The position numbers were made by a program, and so were the translations under genes. From assembly GCA_965649765.1 (NCBI GenBank), contig OZ287761.1, positions 13,392,001 to 13,456,000 of the forward strand: a stretch of DNA of 64,000 bases, read 5' to 3'. Positions 24,001 to 36,112 of this stretch are shown one piece after another. This DNA is from Bispira polyomma (taxonomy: Eukaryota). How positions within the stretch are numbered: position 1 is the stretch's first letter; every line of letters starts with the position of its first letter. The notes under the pieces are model-generated. The model was not told the origin of the DNA. It saw nothing but the letters and a program-made list of their open reading frames with translations, and searched no databases.

Positions 24001-27000
24001 TCCGAAGTTCCACCCATCTACTCAAAAGTCGGTTACCCAGTTTGGTCACAGCTTTGCTTTTGATGCTCCCATTGTTTGGAATGGTCTCCCTGGTGTGATT
24101 CGTGCTTCCCCCTCACTAGCCTGTTTTAGAAAGAAGCTTAAAACCCACTTGTACACTAAAGCATATCCACCTTAGTCTCAATCATCCCCCGGCGCGCTCT
24201 ATGTTGCTGACCCTTTTTCTGTCCCTTGATTTTGGAAATTGGATAACTGTCTTTTGTGCTGGTGCGCCTTAGAGTCCCCTTTGTTAAGGAGAGATTAAGC
24301 GCAATAAAAGTGTAATTACAATTACAATTCATTTTAACAGAGATTTTAACCCTAAATTCAAATATCCAGTCAGATTTTATATATATTTACCGTATCTAGT
24401 GCTATAGAGAATCCAGATTTGAGTTGAGTATGAGTTTGAGCTGAGTATACGTTAGAGAATACCAGCCGAGGATTATTTAGTGTGCCACTGAGGCCCATTT
24501 ACTGAGGACCATAATTTTAACAATTATTTGACCGACTGTGTGGTTTCTTTTAATCAAGATAGATTAAGATTAGTTTGGGCTTAACATGGCTTTCAGGTAG
24601 TTCACTGGTGGAGGAAATCAGAACAGGGTACATGTAGCTGTTCAAGCTTTTCTGCTCTGAAAACCATCAACCATCAACCTGGCTACTGCCCACTTTCCCA
24701 TGTACACTCCAGGGCCAAGATGGAAACCAGATCCAACATATGTTTCAATCCCGAAACATGTTACTCAATATCTCTTTTAAATTAGCAAAGCGTGTAAACA
24801 TTTGTAACTAGTAAAATATATTTTTCTTGCCAGAATGATAATTTGAATTTATCTAGCATTTAAATTAAACCCAAAAATAAGGAATAAACCATTTCATTAT
24901 AACAAATAATATTTTAGGTTTAAAAATGGAATGCAACTAGCTGGTGAAAGTGGAAGCACATTGTCCTTGACAGATTTATCTCTTGAAAGTGCAGGAAGCT
25001 ACAGATGCAGAGCCAACACTGAAAGCACAGCAATCTATTCAGCTGAAGCAATACTAACAGTCAAAGGTAAAACTATTTCTATCATATCAGAATATTTTTT
25101 AGCGCTTATTTCCTTTTTAACAAATTCTAAGGAGAAACAAAACTCACAACTAAAGTTAACTAGAGTACTGCTTTGAAAATAAAAGTAAATTGTTTTTGCA
25201 CAGCAAAAACAAAGCGTCCCAATGAGACCTTTTTTAACGTTAAATGTATGTACAGAGTATTATAAGCCTTTTGAGTGAGTACTTCATTAGTATTTACTGT
25301 TGATTGAAAATTATTTTAATGAAAGACATTTTGAAAAAGGATAAAAGTTACTGGCAAAGAAGAATACAATAAAACAAAAATTTCTGATCCCAACAGGGTT
25401 ATTTGTAGTGTGTGAGGTATGAAAATGTGAAAAAATGGATGTAAAATATGCGAAGATTGTTGCTGATAAAACAGGTGTTTTTGAGGAAAATTAATTTTGG
25501 CAGTCACACCCTATTAATTAAATATAATTAAAGAAGAGACAAGGAAAATGTGTTATTTATAAAAGTCATAGAAGACTGAATTGATAAAAATGGGTTTTGA
25601 AAGAGAAAGAATAATGATGTCTTGTGTGTTATTGTTTTAATATTATTATTAGCAAGTGTTGAAGATAAAATATGAACAGGTTCTTATTACTAAGTAAGAA
25701 AGAAAAACACGTAAAAACGTAAAAAATTTATGACACCCCCCCCCCTCCCCCCCCAAATGTAAAAAACAAAATTTTATGACCCCCAAAAATCTAAAAAAAA
25801 ATTTTACCTCCAAAAAAATGACACCACATTGAAAATTTTTTCCCAGGGCTACTGCATACATGTGCCAAATTTGAAGAGAATCCGCCCAGTGGTTGCTCTG
25901 AGCTATAGCCAATAAAAAAAACGGGAGCCGGTGGAGCCGGCGGCCCCTTCCGCGTGAATCTTCTCCTTTATACAATACAAGGGAAATTTTTTTGTCACGC
26001 CTTTTCAATTGGCTATAGCTCAGCAACCACTGGGTGGATTTTCTTCAAATTTGGCACATGTATGCAGTAGCTCTTGGGCAAATTTTCAATTTAGTGTCAT
26101 CACATTTCGACCAATCAGAGAAGTCAAATGACCAAAAACGCGTAAATTTTTCTCCTATATACAAACAAGCGCCCTTACAGGACACTTAATTACAGACGAC
26201 CAGGGATTGACCGAAGGAAGTCGACATCAATGCATCCATGGAAAACAGGAAAGAGATCATAGAGAAAATGCATCATTATTGAGATAGGTCTTTAAACTAT
26301 GCTGAAAGGAATTTTTAACGCTCCTAATTGATGCAACGTCATTGTCAAAGTTGTTAAAATCATAGTCTGTTTCCAATGCAAATTCGTGAGGAATGTCAAT
26401 GAACTATAAGTCACTTTAACACCAAAATAACAAGTTTTGTGACCAACATTTGATGGTATTTCTGTGTGAAAGTAACGGTTATCTCTATTTTTATACACAG
26501 CAAGTCCGGATGATTTTTGTCCCGACACAGCAGAGGTGAAAAATCAAGCCCTTCCATATGGATGTCTTCACGAGGGTTCTTCGGTTATTAATGTGGGCAC
26601 CTGCGCTAAACACCGTTGCCGGGGTGACTCTGTGGACCACGAAACATGCTCCGACACCGAGACGTTTTGCTGTGCAGCCAGCAAGTATAAAAAGATCAAA
26701 ATCCCATGCGATGGATTCACCTTCAGCGTCTACCAGACTGTGGCGTGTGGATGTGCCAGATGCGTGGATCCAGTAGTAGAGATTCAGGGCTTTGTCTTCT
26801 CGGCACTGGATCGTAGTCCATTGGAAGGTGGGGATACGTTTTTCCTTTTTATTTACAGGCTGAATGATTTATTTAAGGGTTTAGTAATGTAAACACATAA
26901 ATACATCGCTGATAAATTGTACTGCATTTGTGGAAGTTCATTTTGACATATATACACACTATAGCAGCCTTAAAATGATTCTTTGGCTGATGTTTTTTTA

Positions 27001-30000
27001 AACTATTTTCATTCCTACACAATTTAAAACTTCAATAGTTTGTCAGAAAGTGATTACAACAACCATACCACGAATCTTGCATTGTGACGTCACACAATTT
27101 TAAATCTATGTAGGAACGTCATATTTGTAAACAATTCTCAAAAAGAGCCTTCCTGTTGTGACATATTACGAGTATCGATCCAACATGTATGAAAAAACAT
27201 TAGTTTGTATGATTTTGTTTTTTAAATTATCATACCTTATGAAAAACGTGAATATAATTCAATCATATGTTGAATTTGCAATATATTAACTTTGAGTTTT
27301 CTGAAAACTCACTTGGCTAGACACATACACCTCTGCAATGCTGTATTGTAGCACAACTAAAAGTAGCTAAACAGCTTTATTCACACTAAAAATACCCAGT
27401 TCCCAAGAGTTTTGTTAATTACAGGCAATAAAAGTACTCAGTCAAATGAAAAGTGACTAAGCAAGCTACACGCATAGACCTTACAACTTGGCCATCATTG
27501 CAATATATCAAAATGTAGAACACCCAATTTCTAATGTTAGTGACTTACAGGCTCAGTCCACATTTGTGACAATCTATAATACTTAAATGATACATGACCA
27601 ATGAGTGATGGAAGTTGAAACTAAGAAGGAAACCACTAAGTCATCGACACTCTTTGGGATTTACTCTAATAAAACATATAACATCCAACTATGGTCAATA
27701 GGTTAATTCTACTTATATGCACATTGTTTAAAAATATAATTTTCACACAATAATTTAATAACTACATAATTTAATTATGTTAATTTGTAATAAATAATTC
27801 TTAATTGGAAGTAAATGACAAAATTAATGCTAAAGCATGATTTGAGAACTTAAATAACCACAGTGAGAAAAAAAAACTGGACATACATAAAGCAATATAT
27901 GCAGTGTTTAGTAATTCATAAGCATGGGAATAGTCATTAACTAGTTTAAGGCTAGCCACAAATTACTAAGTTATTATTTTTTCATATATTGAAGGTGTGG
28001 ATATTTTCTATAACAAGTCCCAGGTCAGCCGGACAGCCAGAAATGGACAGTTTTATTTCAGTGTCCCAGAGGGAACGCTGAGAGTGTCGATCACAGCTCA
28101 ACCTCCCAATGCCTCAGAGTACGCAGATGGTGTAAGTGTGGTCAGCCTGTCAGAAGATGCCGATGGAGTGTTTTACACTATCATTAAGCTGGCCAAAGTG
28201 ACCGTTATGCCGCCTATAGACAGTAGCCTAGGGCAGGAGCTTTCGCTGACCACCAATGACAGCAACAAGGAATTACTCACTCTAGCGATTCCTCCAAACT
28301 CATTTTATGATGAAGATGGAAACCAAATAGAGGTAGGCTTCAAACACTGGCTTCAGGCTTATAGTTTTTAAACAAGATCAGAAGGGAAAAGTTTAGTTTT
28401 ATTTTTGGGTTATAAACGTCATTTCCCACACGTTTGTGTCCTATCACACAATGAGCAAGTCAGCCAGTGGAAGAAATCAAAGCAGGATAGTATGTACTTA
28501 TAATATTATGATAGTTTAGTTTATAGCATATACATGGTCATCATAGCTGAGTTTAGAGAATATAGGATATTACAGCTATGAGTGAGTGGCCTGTAAAAAA
28601 GTCACATGTTCAATATTCACAGGATTTGGTTCTACTTATGACTAACTTCATGTTGTACCAAAATTTGTCTGTTATGTTTAAATGTTCAATCAAAGCGTTG
28701 GTTCCAGATGTAGAGAAAATCAACTAATTAATATATTAGTTACATACAATTCTACTGCATTATTTATACCAGGGTTTAGTCACTCCTTATGTCAGCACAA
28801 TCGATGCCACAAATATAGACGATTTAGAAAGTGCTCCTGGGGATTTCACAGTTACTGACGATGAAGGAGATGTTGCATTGCTCAAAACATTTGGTACAGT
28901 GGAACCTCTATAAACTAAGCTTGTATCATCCGAATATTAATTAACCAAACTTGTATCATCCTAATATTAATATTAACCAAACTTGTATCATTTGAATATT
29001 AATTAACCAAACTTAAATCATCCGAATATTAATTAACCAAACTTGTGTCATCCGAATATTAATTAACCAAAGTTGTATCATCCAAATATTAATTAGCCAA
29101 AGTCTTCCCATCCTTTTATAAAATTCTACAAGACAAAACCTCCATCATCTAACTTCTATTATCTGAATATTTTATTTCATGGAGTCACTTTACTCTTGCA
29201 AAATTACATTTTACTAATAGCTAAATTATTTTATACTAATATGACTCATCTATTCCATAAACCTTCTATTATACAAATAAAAATCTTGTTTTCACAACCT
29301 GTTTTGGGTAGTAGAGGTTAAACTCTGGACGTTTTGTACATATTTTTCACAGGGACTTTTTCAAACACTGATATTATTTAAATTGAAACACATTTCCAAA
29401 GAAATAACTCTTTGTTTCTATTTCTATTTACAGGTATGTTTCAACTGGGATTTAAAACCATTTCGGGATCAGATGCTCATTTAACCGGCGATGTAGACAT
29501 TGATATCCCTGAAACCTTATTCGGAACAGTCACGCCGGAAGAGGAGCCAGATTCTCGAAACTCACTTTCAAAAATCAAATTGTACATTCTACCCAAGACT
29601 TCAGGAGTATGGACTGAAGCTTCGAGCATCAGTGAAGACGGTGGTTTCAGGAAGAGAAGAAAACGGTCCCAAACAACATACACCGCTACTGTTGCTGGTA
29701 TTACACTGGGGAAATACTGGTACAACTTTGACGCCGTATCTGACACAACCTGCTACTCAAAAGTGCGAGTTTTCGAGAACGAGAAATTCGAGGAAAGCGA
29801 ACAGAGAACCAGTGTTACTGTCTTTGCCATGGTAAAAGTTTGGGGGTTTTTTGGGTTTTTTCCAGTTAAATCAGTTTATTCACCCTTTTTTACAGTGTGC
29901 AGTTGCACTGACAAAATAACCAGCCTTACCATATTTGCCATGGTGAAAGTTTTTTGTTTTTTTTTTCCTTTTTTTCCCCAAGTTAACTCAGTTTATTCAC

Positions 30001-33000
30001 CCTTTTTTACAGTACTCAGTCTCACTGACTACCGGGAAGTGGCAAACCTCCCACCTGTGTCTTACAATTATTGAAACATCATTTTTAATAACAATTCTTA
30101 AATATAGTTTTTGCATTAATAACAATTCTTAAATATAGTTCTTGCATTAATAACAATTCTTAAATATAGTTCTTGCATTAATAAAAAAGATGAATCTGAA
30201 ATAACTATCTTGTTTTTGGGACATAAATATATTAAACTATTAATTTTTGTATAATAAAAAAGTTGATATAACTGATTTTTTTCACATAAAAAGACACAAT
30301 ACAACACTACAGAAAACTATGTATATATTCAACTATTTCGTTTAATATTAATATATTTTTATCATTTTTGCATTTCAAACACACAAGGTAAAGGATGATC
30401 TGAACACACATTCCTACTCCACGAGATTGGCAAACGGCAACAATAACGCCAATGGTTACTGCATAGTTCATCGCTGCGACAAACCTGGAAATAGTGGCAA
30501 CGGGTTTCAAGGCTATCTGGTGGTTCAGAAAAATGGCAAGTATCTCCTACCGGCTATAAGTAACACAACGCTAGGCGACGACTTAGAAAGTAAGCTTGGT
30601 TACGAGGCAGAAAGCAACAGGTTGGCTCTCAAGTTTGACATGATGATAGCATCTGATGGGATTCCAGGCCCATTTTACGACTGGAACGGTAAATGGTGGG
30701 ATTCGGAGAGTTGCATCAATGCAGACTTCTCAGACCGACATTTTCAATTTCATCTTCATCCAGAGGAACAGTGTGATATCCTCTCTGCAAAAGAGTTTGA
30801 GAAGAAAGCAAATGGAACCTGCAATCCTGAATACTATATGTCATGGTATAGTATAGCAGAAGAAAATAACGGTATGTTTCTTTCTTGCTACGCTCGAGTG
30901 AAAATTGCACACTACACCAACAGGATCAGGGTTCAAGCGACTAGCAAAGTGGGCACAATGATGTACAGTGACAACCAGGAGATCATTAAACCTGGCGACG
31001 TCTATGGCACGCATGAAGACTGTGTCAAAGGTGGTGTAGTCTGTGTTAGAATAAAACCTAGTGGACCTAATAGCTGTTCTACAAACCCTTATGATATACT
31101 CACCGATAATCACACTCAAGTCGATATCACCGCACGGTACCAGTACAGTGGGACATATCTCAACGTCAGTGAGGTCAATACAATATTACTAGAGGAGGAG
31201 GAAATTACCGTCCTCAGGCAGGACACAACGTTTTCGTTTATCTCGGAGTATTCTGGTAGCGCAGAAGACTTTGGTATATTCTGCTCAGAGACTAAAAATA
31301 AGTTAAAAGAAGTATCGCGACGGGAAGCTGAAGAGAAATGCTTGAATGCTAAGGACAGACAATTTGCCGTGCAATTTGGAGGTAAAAACCTTAATGCATA
31401 CATTATATTTCTAATTTGAAAAAGAGAAACTTACACAAGTTTGCAAAATAATGTTTCAATTGTATTTCTAAAATTTGTTCTCTGATCAATTTACTTTATA
31501 ATAATAATGATGATAATGGAAGCATTTACAGAGTGCCAAATTGATCATCCTCTAAGGTGCCGATATCCAGAAAGGGAAGTAAAAAGGTCATCACCAAAAA
31601 GCCTCCACCAAAGATGAGACTAAGGAGGGGGGTAAGGGGGTAAGGCCAGTCTGAAAAGATAACTTTGTGATGGCTTCAGAAAGCAGTGATTTAGCCTGTG
31701 ATCTGACAGTCTGTGGGAGCTTCTTGCATTCAACATCCTCTTTAGAGTTGATATCCAAAGGGGGAAGGTCTAGGCAAGCAAAAGGTTATTACCAAACAGC
31801 ATCCACCCTGAAAAGATAACTTTTATGATGGCTTCAGAAAGCAGTGATTGTACCCTGTAATCTGACAGTCTTTGGGAGCTTGTCCCATTCGACAGCACAG
31901 CATCGCCTGCCAATTTTCCTATTTACTCAGGTCAAGGAAAAGAAGAGGTGGTTTCCTTGGGTAAAGCTGCTAGACTTAATGAGTAGGGACAAATACGGAG
32001 GTTGTTAGAGTTTAATAGCTTCGAACACAAGACCTTATATTTTGCATGTTGATGTAGTTTCAGTCGGAGCACAGCTGCGGTTGCTATTTGTGTTGGACAC
32101 AAGTGGAACTGCCTCTAGTTCCAGTAATCATGCCAAATCTTTTATGATGGAGCTGGTGTCCTATTTCTCCATTGGCTTTGAAAACACCCAAGTGGCCCTG
32201 GTGACCTCAGAAAACCCCACATGCCATGATTCACTTCAAGAAAACTCCAAGGCTGCCAAATTGGAATGGGATTTTTTGGGAAACCAGACGTCATCTTTCG
32301 AGGCTTTAGAGTTGGCAATTAATAGCCTTGTATACAAAGGTGGCCACTGTGACCTTCACCCTTCTACATATACGTTTGTGTCAGAGAATGTCCTTGTTGG
32401 CCCTGACGACGGTACTCCTACTGTTGTTGTGTCCATTACCGATGGCGAGCATGATAGAGTCAGCGAAACCCTGGAGGCAACTGTAGATTTAGTTGGCGAC
32501 AAGACACAAATGTAAAGTTTTTTTGCTCTTTTAAGGCTTAGTAACTCTACCTATTGGTGACCTGTATATTTAATTTGATTTGATTTTGGTTAAATGTCGC
32601 TGCAACACATTGTATAAGGTCATATAACAATGGCAGTTTCAGTGCTGGAAAAAACCAGTGTATATACTACTAGTTGGTCAAGATTTTACACTGTAAACCA
32701 GCGACCATCGGCAAGTAACTGCCAACTTTCCCACTTAAAGCCCCGACTGGGACTCAAACTGGAACCATAGAGTTGGAAAGCGAGTGTGTTACCACAGACT
32801 GTGCCTTAAAATCAAATATAGAAATGTCTGGAAGGTGATACATAATTTTACCAGGGCCCGTATTCTCGAACATATACTTGGCTTAAACTCATACTCAAAT
32901 ATAGGCTCTATGGAAATTATTGTACATATAAATAACCTGTACCAGTGACCATTTATTTTAATAGAGCTTTCAACACTGAATTCAAATATGAAGTAAGATT

Positions 33001-33972
33001 TTAGATTTTTTTACTTTATCTAGAGTTATAGAGAATCCAGTTGAGTTGAGCATGACTTTGAGCTGAGTATACGTTCGAGAATACCAACCCAGAAGCATTA
33101 AATCAGCTTTGTCCATATAAGTTTAGCTTAATATTAGGTTTTAACATTGCTTTTAACAATACGTTTTGTGTCTGCATATCACAATGGGTAGTTGTTCATT
33201 GGTAGAGGTAATCAGAGCAGGGTAGTTGCCATGGTTTTCTACTCTGCAAACTACCGGCCTTCAGCAAGTCTACCGCCAACTTTCCAACATAAACGTATAA
33301 GGGTCCAGATTTGAACCCAGGAGTGCATAGGTGGCAGGCCAGTGTGTATTAATGTATTAAAATTGTAATATGTCCCGAGTTTCTTTGTAAGATCATCAAC
33401 AAAATAATGGAATCTTCAATGTTCTACTTGTTCTATGCTCAAGTGTGAATAACCACCAATGGAAGAAGAAGCAAGTTAATCCCAGTGACGAAAACAAGAT
33501 TTCTTGTATGTAAAACAATCTTTTTGTGTCTACTTTATAGCTTTTCATCAGGCCCATTGACATTGTTTTCACTCTGTAAAGGGCACCACGATGTTTGAAA
33601 TATGTAAGGCCTTCATGCATTGATAGGAACCAATTGATCTGGCCAAAATGAGGGCTGTTAGATTTATAGTATCAGGCGATTATCAGGCACGGTCCCATTA
33701 TTATTTCACTCTTTTTAAAATACAATTTAGGCAAAACTAAGAAGTGTCCGTCACACTGTGCACCAATGTCTTTTTAAAAGACATCTCTTGCCTGTCAATA
33801 ATTATAATTTTGTTCTTTGTTTTTTGGTATTTTTCACAGAATGATAGCTGTAGGGGTAGGAGGCTATCTGAGTGAAATTGTCTACATGAATATGCTAGCC
33901 ACAGCCCCAGAACATGTGTACAGTGCCAGTCAAGTATCTGACGTAGTGGATGCCATCAACGAAGCCATTTGA
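14738..33972 (+). CDS. CILP-like: 16-exon gene for a type II membrane CILP-family protein (TM, Thr-rich stalk, RPTP juxtamembrane-like domain, 2xTSP1, CarboxypepD_reg-like, Ig, CILP core, VWA), 1539 aa
   Basis: All 15 introns are GT-AG with matching phases, and the exons sum to 4620 nt. CILP-type motifs include FCCAAIGNPPPELYEWFKNG, CGCARC, APGDF...EGD...LKTFGMF and a basic furin site followed by YNFD. Confidence 0.8.
16375..16602 (+). CDS. CILP-like exon 2: Thr/Glu-rich mucin-like stalk
   Basis: ttag|GT...AG|gtaaat, phase 1/1. Confidence 0.75.
17774..18106 (+). CDS. CILP-like exon 3: RPTP juxtamembrane-like domain part 1 with RRRKR
   Basis: ccag|AG...AG|gtaaat; VRYYLFVAT...W...Y; RRRKR. 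Confidence 0.8.
18708..18848 (+). CDS. CILP-like exon 4: RPTP juxtamembrane-like domain part 2
   Basis: GTNFCDPEEPKVVCNGELRPRTEYFFLIRR...DTAFSESIQT; ccag|...|gtgagg. Confidence 0.8.
20038..20199 (+). CDS. CILP-like exon 5: TSP1 domain
   Basis: [25 protein letters not shown]; donor gtgagt. Confidence 0.9.
21258..21422 (+). CDS. CILP-like exon 6: TSP1 domain
   Basis: [25 protein letters not shown]; AG|gtaaac. Confidence 0.9.
21407..21812. repeat. Minisatellite, about 20-bp unit ACATCTCCTTGTCCAGGTAA, derived from the exon 6 donor junction
   Basis: The first unit spans the last 16 nt of the exon plus GTAA; more than 15 variable copies follow. Confidence 0.9.
22613..22903 (+). CDS. CILP-like exon 7: Cys-rich segment and CarboxypepD_reg-like domain
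   Basis: DCSVQCISGFLNTDCTHCEC...GIVKSTDNAPL...NGQFTL; acag|...AG|gtaaac. Confidence 0.85.
23640..23748 (+). CDS. CILP-like exon 8: Ig domain N-half (absent from the ORF track)
   Basis: EPLMMDLNPRSKKRIIGDDVLFCCAAIGNPPPELYEW; TG|gtaagc, phase 2. Confidence 0.85.
23905..24329 (+). mobile_element. 5'-truncated L2 LINE 3' end with (attaca)n tail, nested in a family D MITE (about 23806-24469)
   Basis: FGHSFAFDAPIVWNGLP...FRKKLKTHLYTKAYPP*, then aataaa and a short repeat tail. The flanks rejoin to match the intact MITE at 32853-33090. Confidence 0.8.
24918..25066 (+). CDS. CILP-like exon 9: Ig domain C-half
   Basis: WFKNG...SAGSYRCRA...LTVK; phase 2/1. Confidence 0.85.
25645..26192. mobile_element. 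HINE-like element with an internal inverted repeat of about 90 bp (25825-25915 vs 26005-26100)
   Basis: tgtgccaaatttgaagagaatccgcccagtggttgc...gctatagc vs gctatagctcagcaaccactgggtggattttcttcaaatttggcaca. Confidence 0.5.
26501..26827 (+). CDS. CILP-like exon 10: CILP Cys-rich domain
   Basis: LPYGC...NVGTC...FCCA...IPCDGF...CGCARC. Confidence 0.85.
27995..28332 (+). CDS. CILP-like exon 11
   Basis: TARNGQFYFSVP...IPPNSFYDEDG; phase 1/0. Confidence 0.85.
28773..28893 (+). CDS. CILP-like exon 12 (absent from the ORF track)
   Basis: GLVTPYVSTIDATNIDDLESAPGDFTVTDDEGDVALLKTFG; phase 0/1. Confidence 0.85.
28915..29102. repeat. About 30-bp tandem repeat, about 6 copies, inside a family B-type MITE
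   Basis: aattaaccaaacttgtatcatccgaatatt repeated. Confidence 0.85.
29434..29831 (+). CDS. CILP-like exon 13 with furin-type site RKRRKR
   Basis: GMFQL...KLYILPKTSGVW...RKRRKR...WYNFD...CYSKVRVF. Confidence 0.85.
30087..30183. repeat. 31-bp tandem repeat, 3 copies
   Basis: aataacaattcttaaatatagttcttgcatt. Confidence 0.85.
30388..31381 (+). CDS. CILP-like exon 14: CILP C-terminal (C2-like) region
   Basis: NGYCIVHRCD...GPFYDW...HFQF...YMSWY...CYARVKI; 994-nt open exon. The acceptor could be 30388 or 30394. Confidence 0.85.
31510..32000 (-). mobile_element. Degraded L2-like LINE 3' fragment with an internal duplication
   Basis: ctgaaaagataacttt...gacagtct occurs twice (about 31650 and 31808); the minus strand resembles an LP..VR...YLF end. 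Confidence 0.4.
32064..32511 (+). CDS. CILP-like exon 15: VWA domain
   Basis: LLFVLDTSGT...FSIGFENTQVALV...VVVSITDG; AT|gtaaag, phase 2. Confidence 0.85.
32853..33090. mobile_element. MITE family D; copies near 20410, 23806, 57150, 61050 and 62899
   Basis: gggcccgtattctcgaacatatact...gagtatacgttcgagaataccaaccc inverted ends. Confidence 0.65.
33840..33972 (+). CDS. CILP-like exon 16: end of VWA and stop (absent from the ORF track)
   Basis: IMIAVGVGG...LATAPEHVY...NEAI*; cacag acceptor, phase 2. Confidence 0.85.
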
Positions 33973-34013
33973 TAAACAGGTTGAAACTGTAAAACAACCC
34001 TACTGATATAGAC

Positions 34014-34391
34014 CGAGTTTTCTGTCCTCGACAATGCTTTAATTTTTACTGATGGTATGCATGATGAGGGACAGAGTTCTTTACTATAGCAAATTGTTGT
34101 AAATGTGAGACGGCACCTCCAACCAAAAAAATATTATCTTTCCATGTAGACTGTGGTGGTATATTGCTGATTAATCAATTAGCCGTACACAATATTATAA
34201 CTTATGGCCAACCTAAAGGTATTTGATTTATTAAATATCATTATTTGAAAATATTGCTGTATATTTCTCGTTTGAAGAAAACATAATAACCTGCCGGGTC
34301 AGATTTACAATGATTTGCTATAATAAAGAACTCTGTCCCTCTTCATTTGAACATCAGTAAAATCAAAGCATTGTCAAGGATAGAAAACTCG
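34014..34391. mobile_element. Foldback/MITE with about 95-bp inverted arms just after the CILP-like stop
   Basis: 34014-34109 is the diverged reverse complement of 34299-34391. Confidence 0.7.
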
Positions 34392-36005
34392 TCAACCTAC
34401 TGATACTGAACAGTGCAGAGACTTCCCCCTAAAATCCTAGTATGCAGATTTCCGCAATTTCAAATATATCTTGACTTTTTTTGCCACATAATGTTTCCCA
34501 ACACATGTGGTATCTGTGTTTAATGCAAAAAAGGCCCTATCTGTGTGAATGTTAATATGTAGCATACTGTATAGCTTTATGAAGCCCTGGTCATATATTA
34601 CGGAAGATTTTTGTATCGTTCTTTGTACTCGGTACTTTGTAAATCGGTAATAAGGCGTTTGTAATTTTCTTGCCATTTTAGCATAAACATTCACAGAGAT
34701 AAGAAAAAGGAAACTGAAAATTAGTCTCCACGTACTGTATATATAAAACATTAATTTACTTCAATATATAATACTGCTATTTGTGTTGATGTTACTTACA
34801 TTTTATAAGCCATTTGACAAAGGGTTAAAACTCTGAAAGAACCTTACTACTGATATTGTATATCATTACCCACCACCTCAGAGGTCAAGATCTAAATGAG
34901 ACTAACAGTGGGCTCTGACTTTTTATTCTAAGCTACCTTTGTTTTTTATATATATAGACATTTTGTGAAATACATTAATACTGTTTATATTATTCATAAC
35001 ATTAGTGTAAACACTAATACTGTAAAATACTTATTCAAGATATCTTTATAAAGTTTCTGGGGAGAGCACGGTCACAATGCGCTTTCTAGGGCCCATATTC
35101 ACAAAGGACTTAGCCAGGTCTTAGGCTTAAACCTAGCATAAAAGTATACTGATTTAAGCCTAAGACTTGGCTAAGTCCCTTCGTAAATATGGCCCCAGGG
35201 GAATAAGAGGGCAATTGGCCCAGTGAATAACAATGGTTATATTTGCATATACGCGCCTACTGATAGTGTGCTCCATTAATTTGGGATTTATTACTTATTA
35301 AGAGCCTATTCAGGCTAACACAGTTATCAATCATAGTATTGACCAAGATCTCTGAGTTTGTACCCAGTGTATATTCAAATCTTTCATATTTGTTTACAAA
35401 ACTAGTATTTACGAGATTTTTTAAGGTTTTAATGTTAAAAAGAATTGCTCAATTTTTTGAAAAACCCTAAATATTCAGCCAAATTTACACAATATATAAA
35501 AATATATCTTCAACAATATTATGGTACATATAAAAAACTTGATTTTTACACCATTCTAGATATGATTTTAAAGCTAATTCTTTATGGTAACAACTCTGCA
35601 CTTCTTTTGTTTCAAACTTGCATTGTGACATCACAAAGGACAGAAGGTTTTCAAACGTAAACAATGTTTACTATTTTAGGACATTTTTGAAGTTAATTGA
35701 TCTAATATTTTGTTTGATGTTAAGCATGATAGTGATGACATAATAGTGTATAATATAAAAAGTAAAACCTTATTTGTGCTGTGTACTATTATAGTTGTGA
35801 TTTCAGAATGCTCTACACTGTATATAAATACCATATTTTCTGTAATACAGGCCACCGCTCTAATGAGAGAGATTTTGAGATTAATAAATGCCAATATATA
35901 CAGCCAGTGTCACATTAAAATATGAATTTACTTTAATATATATATATTATATTTGCTATTGGTGTATGTTAGAAGTGTGGTTCAAAAAAAGCTTTTTTGT
36001 ATCTG

Positions 36006-36112
36006 GGCCCGTATTCACAAAGGGGCTCAGCCAGGTCTTAGGCTTAAATATAGCACAAAAGTATACTGATTTAAGCCTAAGACCTGGCTAAGCCCCTTCA
36101 TGAATACGGGCC
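36006..36112. mobile_element. Palindromic MITE family C with a 3-bp CTG TSD (PIF/Harbinger-like); second copy at about 35089-35197, relatives near 40731 and 61238
   Basis: ctg|ggcccgtattcacaaagggg...ccccttcatgaatacgggcc|ctg. Confidence 0.75.

Noticed and set aside
23789-24175. 128-aa ORF as a CILP exon
   Set aside because: MITE sequence fused to an L2 ORF2 C-terminus; the Ig exons splice across it in phase 2.
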